Positions 42,353 through 50,954 of a stretch of 64,000 bases of DNA are shown here, piece by piece. The position numbers and the translations under genes are program-made. The stretch comes from an uncultured Gammaproteobacteria bacterium (lineage in GTDB: Bacteria; Pseudomonadota; Gammaproteobacteria; Arenicellales; JAANXG01). The notes under the pieces were generated by a model. That model made no database searches. It was not told the origin of the DNA and saw nothing but the letters and a program-made list of their open reading frames with translations. The stretch is from assembly GCA_947259875.1 (NCBI GenBank), contig CAMYNX010000001.1, forward strand, positions 13,755 to 77,754, given 5' to 3'. Within the stretch, counting starts at the first letter, position 1; every line of letters begins with the position of its first letter.

Positions 42353-43537
42353 ATGAGAATACTTCATGTAGTACCGACATACCTTCCTGCTACACGATAT
42401 GGAGGTCCAATTTATGCGATTCATGGATTATGTAGATCATTGGTCGAAGCAGGCGCGAAAGTATCTGTATTCACCACAAATGTGGATGGCGCCTCAGTCT
42501 CAAATGTCGAGACCAATTCTTGTGTCGATATGGATGGTGTTGAAGTCACATACTTTGCGTCTCCTTACTTAAAACGATTGTATTACTCACCTAACATGAA
42601 GTTGGCGTTGAAAAATACAATCGATGGTTTTGATTTAGTTCATGGTCATTCGATTTATCTATGGCCTACGATGTTGGCAGCCAGAACTTGTCGCAGCACA
42701 AGGACTCCGTATGTGTTATCACCTCGAGGAATGCTCGTTAAAGACCTCGTAGCAAAAAGAAACCAATTAATAAAGTCGATTTGGATAAAATTGGTTGAGC
42801 GAAACAATATTTCGATAGCAAACGCTGTTCATTTTACCTCGCTAACAGAATATAAAGCCGCTAAAAGATTCAATCTAAATATAAAAACGTCGTTTGTTAT
42901 TCCCAACGGCATTGATATAGACGACGTAGATAAATTTAAAAACCAGAAACAATATAAAAAACTCCAGAGAAAAGATATGCCGTTAATTCTGTATTTTGGG
43001 AGAATCAGCTGGAAGAAGGGGCTTGATCGACTTATCAAATCGATGACGTTGGTAACAAGAGGAAAACTTGTCATCGCTGGTAACGATGAAGAAGGCTATA
43101 CGTCGAAATTAAAGCGTCTGGTTCGACAATATGGGTTGAATGACAAGATTGAATTCAAAGGTCCTCGATATGGCACGGACAGGTATTCGTTGTTTTTGGG
43201 TGCCGACATATTTGTATTACCCTCTCTCTCCGAAAATTTCGGTAATACAGTTTTGGAGGCAATGGCACTTGGCTGCCCGGTTATCGTAACATCCCAGGTG
43301 GGCCTGTCTTCGAAAGTAGAACAATCCAAGGCGGGGATCGTTGTCAATGGTGAACCTGAAAGTATCGCTGACGGCATAAATAGGTTAGCCGATGATCAGA
43401 CGACAGCAAAACAAATGGGAGAAAATGGAAGCAGGACTGCGCGGAATGAATTTTCGTGGAAACTCATCGCTGATCAGATGTTCGAGAAATATCAGAGTGT
43501 GATCATGTCGAGCGTGAACGATGACACGTGTAGATAA
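42353..43537 (+). CDS. Glycosyltransferase, GT4 family
   Basis: MRILHVVPTYLPATRYGGPI at the N-terminus. C-terminal VLPSLSENFGNTVLEAMALGCPVIVTSQVG. Confidence 0.88.
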   Translation: MRILHVVPTYLPATRYGGPIYAIHGLCRSLVEAGAKVSVFTTNVDGASVSNVETNSCVDMDGVEVTYFASPYLKRLYYSPNMKLALKNTIDGFDLVHGHSIYLWPTMLAARTCRSTRTPYVLSPRGMLVKDLVAKRNQLIKSIWIKLVERNNISIANAVHFTSLTEYKAAKRFNLNIKTSFVIPNGIDIDDVDKFKNQKQYKKLQRKDMPLILYFGRISWKKGLDRLIKSMTLVTRGKLVIAGNDEEGYTSKLKRLVRQYGLNDKIEFKGPRYGTDRYSLFLGADIFVLPSLSENFGNTVLEAMALGCPVIVTSQVGLSSKVEQSKAGIVVNGEPESIADGINRLADDQTTAKQMGENGSRTARNEFSWKLIADQMFEKYQSVIMSSVNDDTCR

Positions 43538-44366
43538 CGTGTCAGTCTTGGTTTTTACTTTAAACGAAGAAAAAAACCTCCCCTCGTGCCTGGATAGTTT
43601 GCAATGGACTGACGATGTTGTAGTCGTTGACTCTTACAGCACGGATAGCACATTGAAAATCTGTGAAAAACGCGATGTGCGCGTATATCAACATCGATTC
43701 GAAGGTTTTGGTTCACAGCGCAACTGGGCGCTAGATAACATCGACCGAAAATACTCGTGGGTCCTGTTACTTGACGCCGATGAGCGAATATCCAGTAAAT
43801 TGGCTGACGAGATAGTAACTAAAGTATCTGAAGGTGATGGAAGAATTTGTGCTTATCGTCTGAAAAGGAGATTTTTTCTGTGGGGAAAATGGCTGAAACA
43901 CAGCAGCCTTTATCCGACTTGGGTGGTTCGCTTGATACAAGGTGACAAGGTACGTTACGTAAATCGTGGTCACGCTGAAACGCAAATCGTGAACGGTGAA
44001 ATCGGTGTTCTGCAAAACGATATCATTGATGAAAACCGTAAAGGAATCGATTCGTGGTTCGAAAGACAGAATGATTACTCGCGAAGAGAAGCGGAGTACG
44101 AAATTGAACAGCAAAGAGAACCATTTCATTTTTCGAATATCTTTGCACGAGATCCAGTACTACGAAGGGCAGCCATAAAGCGGTTAACGTGGACGCTTCC
44201 CGGGCGTGCGGTATGGTACTTCTTTTACAGCTATATATGGCGGGGAGGTTTTCTTGATGGCGGGGAGGGATTGAGATATTGCCTAATGCGATCCATGTAC
44301 CAGCGAATGATAGCAATTAAAAAATATGATCTCGCTAAAAACTTGAAAAGCTTTAATGGTCTTTGA
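43521..44366 (+). CDS. Glycosyltransferase, GT2 family (LPS-core WaaE/KdtX-like type)
   Basis: VSVLVFTLNEEKNLPSCLDSL...VVVVDSYSTDST...LLLDADE (DXD). Confidence 0.8.
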   Translation: MTRVDNVSVLVFTLNEEKNLPSCLDSLQWTDDVVVVDSYSTDSTLKICEKRDVRVYQHRFEGFGSQRNWALDNIDRKYSWVLLLDADERISSKLADEIVTKVSEGDGRICAYRLKRRFFLWGKWLKHSSLYPTWVVRLIQGDKVRYVNRGHAETQIVNGEIGVLQNDIIDENRKGIDSWFERQNDYSRREAEYEIEQQREPFHFSNIFARDPVLRRAAIKRLTWTLPGRAVWYFFYSYIWRGGFLDGGEGLRYCLMRSMYQRMIAIKKYDLAKNLKSFNGL

Positions 44367-44463
44367 TTGACAACTCTATAGAAAGAATACTTAAAGCATT
44401 TTCTCAAACTGAAATATTTATTTACCGTTCGGCGTTCTCTATTGACAACTAGACGAATCCGTT

Positions 44464-46209
44464 ATGTATATAGTTGGACTAAATTCCTATCACGGAGATT
44501 CATCGGCTTGCCTGGTAAAAGATGGTCGGTTAGTCGCCGCAGCAGAAGAGGAGAGATTTCGAAGACTTAAGCATTGGGCCGGATTTCCCGCCGAAGCGAT
44601 TCGCTACTGCTTGTCGGAAGAGCAAATTAAACTTGACGAAGTTGATCATGTGGCGGTCAATAGCAATGCATATGCCAATTTTTGGCCGAAACTTCGTTAC
44701 GCGTTTTCGGGCGGTGCAAGCTGGTCTTTATTGTTTGAGAAAATTCAAACCCGAAAACGACGTCACGCACTGCGCGAACGCTTGGAAACCACCTTTCCAG
44801 GCCAGCTTCTTAACGGCAAGATGCATCGTATCGAGCATCATTTGGCGCACTTGGCGTCTAGTTTTTTTGTTTCGCCTTTTGACACAGCAGTAACAGTATC
44901 CGTGGACGGATTCGGCGATTTTAGTAGTACCAGTTGGGGCGTGGGGGAGGGACAGCATATCCATATCGGCGGCCGCGTGAGTTTTCCACATTCACTGGGC
45001 GTATTTTATCAAGCCATGACTCAGTATTTGGGGTTTTCGCGATATGGTGATGAATACAAGGTCATGGGACTGGCCGCATACAGTAAACCAGATTATCTCG
45101 ACGCTATGAGGGAGATTATCAGATTGAATGGCAAGGGAACCTTTTCTCTTGATTTACGATTTTTCCGGCATCAAAAGCACGAAATTGGATATCAATGGGT
45201 CGATAGCGAGCCGCAGGTTTCCCGCTTGTTTAGCCATGAAATGACGACACTTCTCGGACCTGCGAGACGCGCGAATAGCCCTATCGAGCAACGTCATAAA
45301 GCCGTAGCGAGTTCAGTACAAGCCGTATATGAGGAAGCTTTGTTTCATCTGCTCAATAATATTCATTCCCAATATAGTATGAATAAACTGACATTGGCCG
45401 GAGGCTGCGCAATGAATTCAGTCGCTAACGGCAAGATCAGGGGCAAGACGAAATTTCGAGATATTTATATTCAGCCTGCCGCTGGCGATGCCGGTGGCGC
45501 GATTGGAGCGGCATTCGTAGCCTGGCATAGATTGAACCGGCAAGATACTAAATTTTTCATGGAACACGCATACTGGGGGCCGTCATATTCCGACGAAGAT
45601 ATTCATCATTTGCTGGACCAACAAAGAAATAGGCTGTTGGCTGAGGATATCAGGATAGAGCAAGCGGAACACGAGGATAAACTTTGTAGCCGCGTGGTGG
45701 AATCAATAGCAGAAGGTAAGGTAGTTGGTTGGTTCCAGGGCCGAATGGAATGGGGTCCCCGAGCATTAGGCAATAGATCTATTTTATGTGATCCCAGAAG
45801 GGCGGATATGAAAGACATTCTTAACGACAGGATAAAACGACGAGAATCTTTCAGACCTTTTTCTCCTGCGGTTCTCAGGGAGGCAGTAAAGGATTGGTTT
45901 GAAGTAGACGATGATGTACCGTTTATGATGAAAGTGTATCCGATACGAGCAGAAAAAAGAAAGCAGATTCCCGCTGTAACTCATATAGATGGTTCTGGCA
46001 GGCTGCAAACCGTATATCAACATACCAACCCACGATTTTATAGACTGATTGAGTGTTTCGCGTTAAGAACCGGTATTCCGCTGGTACTTAACACATCATT
46101 CAATGAGAACGAACCCATCGTGTGTAAGCCGGAAGAAGCTTTGGATTGTTTTTTGAGGACCAATATGGACATGTTGGTCATGGGGAACTACGTTATTTCA
46201 AGAGCTTGA
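44464..46209 (+). CDS. Carbamoyltransferase, NodU/CmcH family
   Basis: MYIVGLNSYHGDSSACLVKDGRLVAAAEEERFRRLKH, LAGGCAMNSVANG and C-terminal GPRALGNRSILCDPR...TSFNENEPIV. Confidence 0.92.
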   Translation: MYIVGLNSYHGDSSACLVKDGRLVAAAEEERFRRLKHWAGFPAEAIRYCLSEEQIKLDEVDHVAVNSNAYANFWPKLRYAFSGGASWSLLFEKIQTRKRRHALRERLETTFPGQLLNGKMHRIEHHLAHLASSFFVSPFDTAVTVSVDGFGDFSSTSWGVGEGQHIHIGGRVSFPHSLGVFYQAMTQYLGFSRYGDEYKVMGLAAYSKPDYLDAMREIIRLNGKGTFSLDLRFFRHQKHEIGYQWVDSEPQVSRLFSHEMTTLLGPARRANSPIEQRHKAVASSVQAVYEEALFHLLNNIHSQYSMNKLTLAGGCAMNSVANGKIRGKTKFRDIYIQPAAGDAGGAIGAAFVAWHRLNRQDTKFFMEHAYWGPSYSDEDIHHLLDQQRNRLLAEDIRIEQAEHEDKLCSRVVESIAEGKVVGWFQGRMEWGPRALGNRSILCDPRRADMKDILNDRIKRRESFRPFSPAVLREAVKDWFEVDDDVPFMMKVYPIRAEKRKQIPAVTHIDGSGRLQTVYQHTNPRFYRLIECFALRTGIPLVLNTSFNENEPIVCKPEEALDCFLRTNMDMLVMGNYVISRA

Positions 46210-46245
46210 GAGTTTTGGAGAATTCAACAGGAGTATAGGTTAAAC

Positions 46246-46398
46246 ATGATAGAGTTCTTAAAAGACCTTTGGGACTTTATGAGGGCACGAAAGAAATTTT
46301 GGCTTGCACCCATAATTATCGTATTGCTGTTGCTAGGTGCACTTTTGGTATTTGCCCAAGGGTCGGCAATGGCGCCGTTTATTTACACGTTATTTTAA
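46246..46398 (+). CDS. DUF5989-family small membrane protein (50 aa), below the ORF-track length cut-off
   Basis: My translation is MIEFLKDLWDFMRARKKFWLAPIIIVLLLLGALLVFAQGSAMAPFIYTLF. AGGAG lies about 10 nt upstream of the ATG. The ...RKKFWL-TM-...APFIYTLF pattern and the position right after a carbamoyltransferase match what I recall of DUF5989. Confidence 0.8.
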   Translation: MIEFLKDLWDFMRARKKFWLAPIIIVLLLLGALLVFAQGSAMAPFIYTLF

Positions 46399-46431
46399 GT
46401 GCTTCAATAATAATATCCTGAGTGATAGATT

Positions 46432-46465
46432 GCGCTCCGCATAAACGCGGGGCGCTTGTTTTTTT
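46432..46465 (+). terminator. Rho-independent terminator-like hairpin plus T-tract
   Basis: GCGCTCCGC (46432-46440), loop ATAAAC, GCGGGGCGC (46447-46455). This gives a 9-bp stem with one G-U pair, followed by TTGTTTTTTT (46456-46465). Confidence 0.75.
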
Positions 46466-47512
46466 ATGGCTTACCTGTTTACGATTCTCACTACGATTGC
46501 GGTAATTGCCTTTTTGATTCCGCGGGCCGAAGAATGGGGATTACTCGATTACCCAGGTGATCATCGCAGACATACAGAAGCGACTCCAGGTATCGGCGGG
46601 ATTGCTATGTTTGCCGGTTCAGTCATCGGTATAGCTTGGTATGGTCCTAATTGGTCGTTAACGGTGCCGCTATTGGTATCGGGTGGGTTTATGCTGGCCA
46701 TAGGTATTTGGGACGATCGCCACAAAACTACTTACCTCTTCAGGTTCATTGGGCAACTAATCGCGGCTACGATAATGATCAAAGCTGGTGGTGTGGTACT
46801 AGACGATCTCGGGCATCTGATTTCAGATCAACGGTTACCCTTGAATCGCTGGTCCGTTGCGTTGACGCTTTTCGGTACGGTGGGAGTGATTAATGCATTG
46901 AACATGTCGGATGGCATGGATGGTCTTGCGGGTGGCCTGGCCTTGGTAACACTGTTGTCCTTGACGATAGTTGCTGGTGTTACCGGTAATATTCAGGATG
47001 CTAATGTTTTAGTGATCATAGCGTGTGCCGTAGTCGCTTTTTTGCTATTCAACGCCCGTATCTTTGGATACCAAAGAGCTCGCGCATTTATGGGTGATGC
47101 GGGCAGTATGTGGTTGGGCCTCACACTATCGTGGTTCTTAATTAACTTGTCACAAGGAGAGGCGCGCGCCATGTCTCCGGTCACGGCACTGTGGGTCATG
47201 GCAGTTCCCTTGATCGATGCCGTAGGTTCTTTGGTAAGGAGGGCGATAAAGGGACGTTCACCGTTTCAAGCTGATCTGGCCCATTATCATCACTATCTAT
47301 TGGCACTCGGTTGGAGCGTCAACCAAACATTGATTATAGCTATTGGATGTGCGCTGGTCCTCGCCACAGTGGGCATTCTTGGTTTGTATATGGATATTCC
47401 TGAGCATGTAATGTTCTTCGGTTTTCTTGGAGCGTTTGTTATCTATTTGGTCGCGATGGAGTTGGCGGATAGAAGAATTACCGCGCGGCGTCGCGTACAA
47501 CCAGAAAAATAG
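46466..47512 (+). CDS. Polyprenyl-phosphate HexNAc-1-phosphate transferase (WecA/WbpL, MraY-like family), initiating enzyme
   Basis: 11 TM-type profile. LDYPGDHRRHTEATPGIGGIAMF, WDDRH, INALNMSDGMDGLAGG and FMGDAGSMWLG. Confidence 0.9.
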   Translation: MAYLFTILTTIAVIAFLIPRAEEWGLLDYPGDHRRHTEATPGIGGIAMFAGSVIGIAWYGPNWSLTVPLLVSGGFMLAIGIWDDRHKTTYLFRFIGQLIAATIMIKAGGVVLDDLGHLISDQRLPLNRWSVALTLFGTVGVINALNMSDGMDGLAGGLALVTLLSLTIVAGVTGNIQDANVLVIIACAVVAFLLFNARIFGYQRARAFMGDAGSMWLGLTLSWFLINLSQGEARAMSPVTALWVMAVPLIDAVGSLVRRAIKGRSPFQADLAHYHHYLLALGWSVNQTLIIAIGCALVLATVGILGLYMDIPEHVMFFGFLGAFVIYLVAMELADRRITARRRVQPEK

Positions 47513-47539
47513 AAAGCCCCGGCAGCAAGCTCCGGGGCT
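47513..47539. terminator. GC-rich hairpin between the convergent wecA-type gene and yccA
   Basis: AAGCCCCGG (47513-47521) pairs with CCGGGGCTT (47531-47539). On the minus strand it is followed by a T-rich run (complement of AGAAAAATAGAA), so it suits yccA termination. It is weaker as a plus-strand terminator. Confidence 0.65.
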
Positions 47540-47563
47540 TATCAGAAATGATGTCTCCTTAGA

Positions 47564-48238
47564 CTACTCGTCGCCGAAAATACCGAGTAAATGTAGCAGA
47601 CTGGTAAACAGATTATAGATAGCCACGAAAAGTGTGACCGTGGCCATTATGTAGTTGGTTTCACCACCGTGCACGATCTGGCTGGTTTGATAGAGGATCA
47701 GACCGGACATTAGGAGTATGAACATAGCGGACACGGCCATAGATAACGCTGGTATACCGAAAAGAATCGCTCCCAGACCGGCCAAGAAGGCAACTAAGAT
47801 GCCCGAGAACAGGAACCCAGCGATAAAGCTAAAATCTTTGCCAGTTGTTAGCACGTATCCGGATAGACCCAAGAAAATGATGCCGGTACCACCCATTGCC
47901 AGCATGACCAACTGATGTCCGTTTGGAATGGTGCTCAGGTAGTAGCTAACGATGGGCCCCAGCGTTAGCCCCATAAAGCCGGTCAGCGCAAATACCAATA
48001 TCAGGCCCCAACCCGAGTTACGGAATCGGGATGTCAGAAACAGCAATCCAAAATAGCCCACCAGGGTCAACACCAACCCAGGATGTGGCCAGTTAAACGC
48101 TATGGATAGTCCGGCTATGGCGGCACTGAAAAGCAGTGTCAGCGACAGCAGGGCATAAGTATTTTTCAGTACTTTATTAACAACCAGGGTCGACGGAACC
48201 GGTTGTGCAACGGCAGTGTGAAGCCTGTCTGAGCTCAT
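47564..48238 (-). CDS. yccA: BAX inhibitor-1/YccA family membrane protein (FtsH modulator family)
   Basis: KVLKNTYALLSLTLLFSA and the C-terminal IVHGGETNYIMATVTLFVAIYNLFTSLLHLLGIF closely parallel E. coli YccA as recalled. 7 TM segments. Confidence 0.9.
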   Translation of the reverse strand: MSSDRLHTAVAQPVPSTLVVNKVLKNTYALLSLTLLFSAAIAGLSIAFNWPHPGLVLTLVGYFGLLFLTSRFRNSGWGLILVFALTGFMGLTLGPIVSYYLSTIPNGHQLVMLAMGGTGIIFLGLSGYVLTTGKDFSFIAGFLFSGILVAFLAGLGAILFGIPALSMAVSAMFILLMSGLILYQTSQIVHGGETNYIMATVTLFVAIYNLFTSLLHLLGIFGDE

Positions 48239-48626
48239 GTAACCTCCAAAAGCGACGTCGAATTAATCAAATCAGCAGTATTTAGCATGTTTCTAGGATA
48301 CGTTTTCCCGCAGAAAGTTCAAGAACCTTAACAATACCGTAACTTGATTGAGAATATGGGGTAAGTTTCCTTACTTTTCAATATCTTTTACCTGAGTTAT
48401 GACCTATCAAAACAGGCGATGCTGTGACCGATGGTCAGCGATGTGATATCCGGAAGCTGGATTGGCGGCGTTAGCGCTGGGGCCGATTTCTCAGTTACTG
48501 ACCGGACCACGAATTTAAACGGGTTATTTTTTGCACCCGGCACCGACAATCTACGTTCGTACACGAGCAGTGCGGGTGCCACGATCAGTAGCGCACGTAG
48601 GTAGGGCTAGCTTGTGTGGCGTGTGT

Positions 48627-50405
48627 TTATTTTTGTAATGTTGTGGTAACTCGGGACACACGTATTTGCTGATCTGGGGCGGTGCGAAATGTCGCCACGG
48701 GTTCCAGAAAAAACTCAGAATCGAGCTGTTCACGATTGTCGACTACGTTGGTGTGATTACTCACGCGCTGGAAGGTTAATACATCGCTGAAGGAGTGTGT
48801 TCGCATGTCGTTGATGAGCGTTTCCTTGTTTTGATTTGCGTAGTCAAAGTTAATCGCACCGAACCCGAGCGCATTTAGACGTACCGGTCGCGCGGTCACA
48901 ATCAGCGTCGTGCGTGGATTAAATGAGCCCAGAAATTCGATTTGATACTCCAAATCGGGATACAACAATCCGGTGCGCTGTGGGTAGAGGCTGACCGGAA
49001 GATAGAGGATGAATAATACCGCTGCAGCAAAAAATAAACGCCTTGTGTTGACCCATGGACCAAACAGCCACGGCATCAATAATGGGGAAAAGACTAGAAG
49101 GCTGAATACCGGTAGATAAATACGTTGCATATACGTCAGCGTGATGTCTCCGAAGTAAAAAGACAGCAATATCAATAGATGAATACCGCTCGCAATGAGT
49201 GCAAAAATGAAGAATTGTCGGTTTACATCGTTGTCAAAATGCAAACATCGACGAAAGCGGAGGTAAAGTATCCAGGCGCCGAGGATCACCGCCACTGGCA
49301 GCGCAAAATCGGAAAGCGCGGTGTCGAATACTGACGATAGGTCTCCTTGGCTGATGACGAAACGCTTTGTGTTAACAAGCAGATAATCGAAGCCAAAAGC
49401 TCTGCTTACTACGCCATCACCAAAAAACGACCTGGAGAGATAAATTTGCCAAATGTATGGCAGTAATAGCATGGGCGTCCATGCGAGTAACTGAGCATTC
49501 GTTCGAATAAACCTCCTGTCACATCTTTTCAATATCACCACAAACGTTACGGCGAGTGCAAAAAGATAAATATTCTCGTAGCGAATGTGCGAGAAAATCA
49601 ACAAAGTGCTCCATAGGAAGCCGAACGATGCCGAGCTAGGTTTGCGAAGGAAGATATAAACGCCGACAAGAGAAACCAGGAAAATAAAGGTAGACAGAAA
49701 ATCGAAACCGGAGGAGCGTGCACTGATGATAAAGACGGGGTTAGTCAAAATAAGCAACACCCCGGCTATAGCCCCCCAATTATCCAGTTGATAGCGAAGC
49801 ACGAGGTACACCAACGCGAGACACGCATAGAGCAGAACGGCATTCAATAGAAACCCATTTTGCCACCGCTGCCCGCGTATTAGATGCGTTATGTGCACAA
49901 GAAATGGAAATAATAGAGGGCGCTTGGGCGCATACTGCTCGAGTACCACGTAGTCGCGACCGAGTGAATATTTAGCTTGGGTTACGCCGCGCGCCCGGTG
50001 CTCGCGTGCCAGTGAATTAGAGACGCTCAGAAGACTGGTTTCATCGTCGAGGACTCTAAAATGTGGTTGAACGGCGCTACACAAAGATATCGTGATCAAC
50101 AGACAAATTGCCAATCCTTTCCAGTTAGATTGCACAAACCGGTTGAGAAAAACCGTGCTCTGCCTGTACAGGCGTAGCGCGTTCAATATCCATACTATGC
50201 ACACGCCGAGTATGATGTAGTAAGAGAAGGTGCTGAATAGATAGTCGATACGTGCCGGTTTAACGATCCCGTATCCCGCCAGAGTGATAAAAACAATAAG
50301 GGGGAACCCCACCGATACGCCAATCCAAATCGTTTTTGACATCGTTATAGAATCCAACCAGACCTGCAGTAGATTAGAAACATACAGAAACTGGTCAATA
50401 GACAC
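48627..50405 (-). CDS. Large polytopic membrane protein, GT-C-like (ArnT/PMT-type) glycosyltransferase candidate
   Basis: About 12 hydrophobic segments plus a soluble C-terminal part of about 110 aa. The first loop carries an acidic motif RVLDDETSLLSVSNSLA, reminiscent of the D/E motif of GT-C enzymes. The likely start is M22 (MSKTIWIG, nt 50342). Confidence 0.5.
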   Translation of the reverse strand: MSIDQFLYVSNLLQVWLDSITMSKTIWIGVSVGFPLIVFITLAGYGIVKPARIDYLFSTFSYYIILGVCIVWILNALRLYRQSTVFLNRFVQSNWKGLAICLLITISLCSAVQPHFRVLDDETSLLSVSNSLAREHRARGVTQAKYSLGRDYVVLEQYAPKRPLLFPFLVHITHLIRGQRWQNGFLLNAVLLYACLALVYLVLRYQLDNWGAIAGVLLILTNPVFIISARSSGFDFLSTFIFLVSLVGVYIFLRKPSSASFGFLWSTLLIFSHIRYENIYLFALAVTFVVILKRCDRRFIRTNAQLLAWTPMLLLPYIWQIYLSRSFFGDGVVSRAFGFDYLLVNTKRFVISQGDLSSVFDTALSDFALPVAVILGAWILYLRFRRCLHFDNDVNRQFFIFALIASGIHLLILLSFYFGDITLTYMQRIYLPVFSLLVFSPLLMPWLFGPWVNTRRLFFAAAVLFILYLPVSLYPQRTGLLYPDLEYQIEFLGSFNPRTTLIVTARPVRLNALGFGAINFDYANQNKETLINDMRTHSFSDVLTFQRVSNHTNVVDNREQLDSEFFLEPVATFRTAPDQQIRVSRVTTTLQK

Positions 50406-50866
50406 CAGTCGATGGAAATACCGAGGCCGGCGTTGTAAGCCGTGGAGATGGGAGCAAGTTATGAAAAAGGCTGTTGTATCGCTGTTCCAGGCATGGTGCG
50501 ATAAATTGGGCGTTATCGGGAGCTGGGATTACCATTACTGTTCTGCAGGAAATTATGCTCGCTCAATTGTACTACCGTATCTTAATATTTGATTGTGTCG
50601 AAGCAACCGCTATCGATAAATGCCACCGGGCGCTGGGCAAATTTTTGCGTTATTAGTTGCCGCCGCTACCAAGTGTCCACATTCCTTATGTGGTGTGGAA
50701 TTCGAGAACGTTAATTGGGTGATAAAACAGATCGCCTAGCGTAAACTCGACGAGTAACGGAAACAGTACTAGTGTAGTTGTCGAAGCAACGCGAGTCCGG
50801 GCGAGCTAACAATCGTGACTGGCCTCAAAATGTTGGAGAGTGACTTGCATTCTAGGCATAAATTCC

Positions 50867-50954
50867 GGAGAGGTGGCAGAGTGGTCGAATGCGGCGGTCT
50901 TGAAAACCGTTGACTCGAAAGGGTCCGGGGGTTCGAATCCCTCCCTCTCCGCCA
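50867..50954 (+). tRNA. serT: tRNA-Ser (anticodon UGA)
   Basis: I folded it by hand. Acceptor GGAGAGG/CCTCTCC, 3-bp D stem GCA/TGC, anticodon stem GCGGT/ACCGT with loop CTTGAAA (anticodon TGA). There is a long variable arm, T arm GGGGG-TTCGAAT-CCCTC, discriminator G and an encoded CCA. Confidence 0.93.

Noticed and set aside
17522-47512. PEP-CTERM/exosortase EPS system
   Set aside because: Several components resemble that locus type: short OPX, barrel, chain-length/kinase protein, ligase-like protein and AsnB-like amidotransferase. However, no exosortase-like membrane protein is present. The PT-tailed protein ends in ...SPVLPGGNP, without a PEP motif, TM helix or basic cluster.
48533-48579. 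7-bp inverted repeat GCACCCG...CGGGTGC in the yccA / GT-C-like intergenic region, considered as a terminator
   Set aside because: The loop is 33 nt. The T-run lies 5' of the hairpin on the + strand, and an A-run follows it on the - strand, so it fits neither orientation of an intrinsic terminator.
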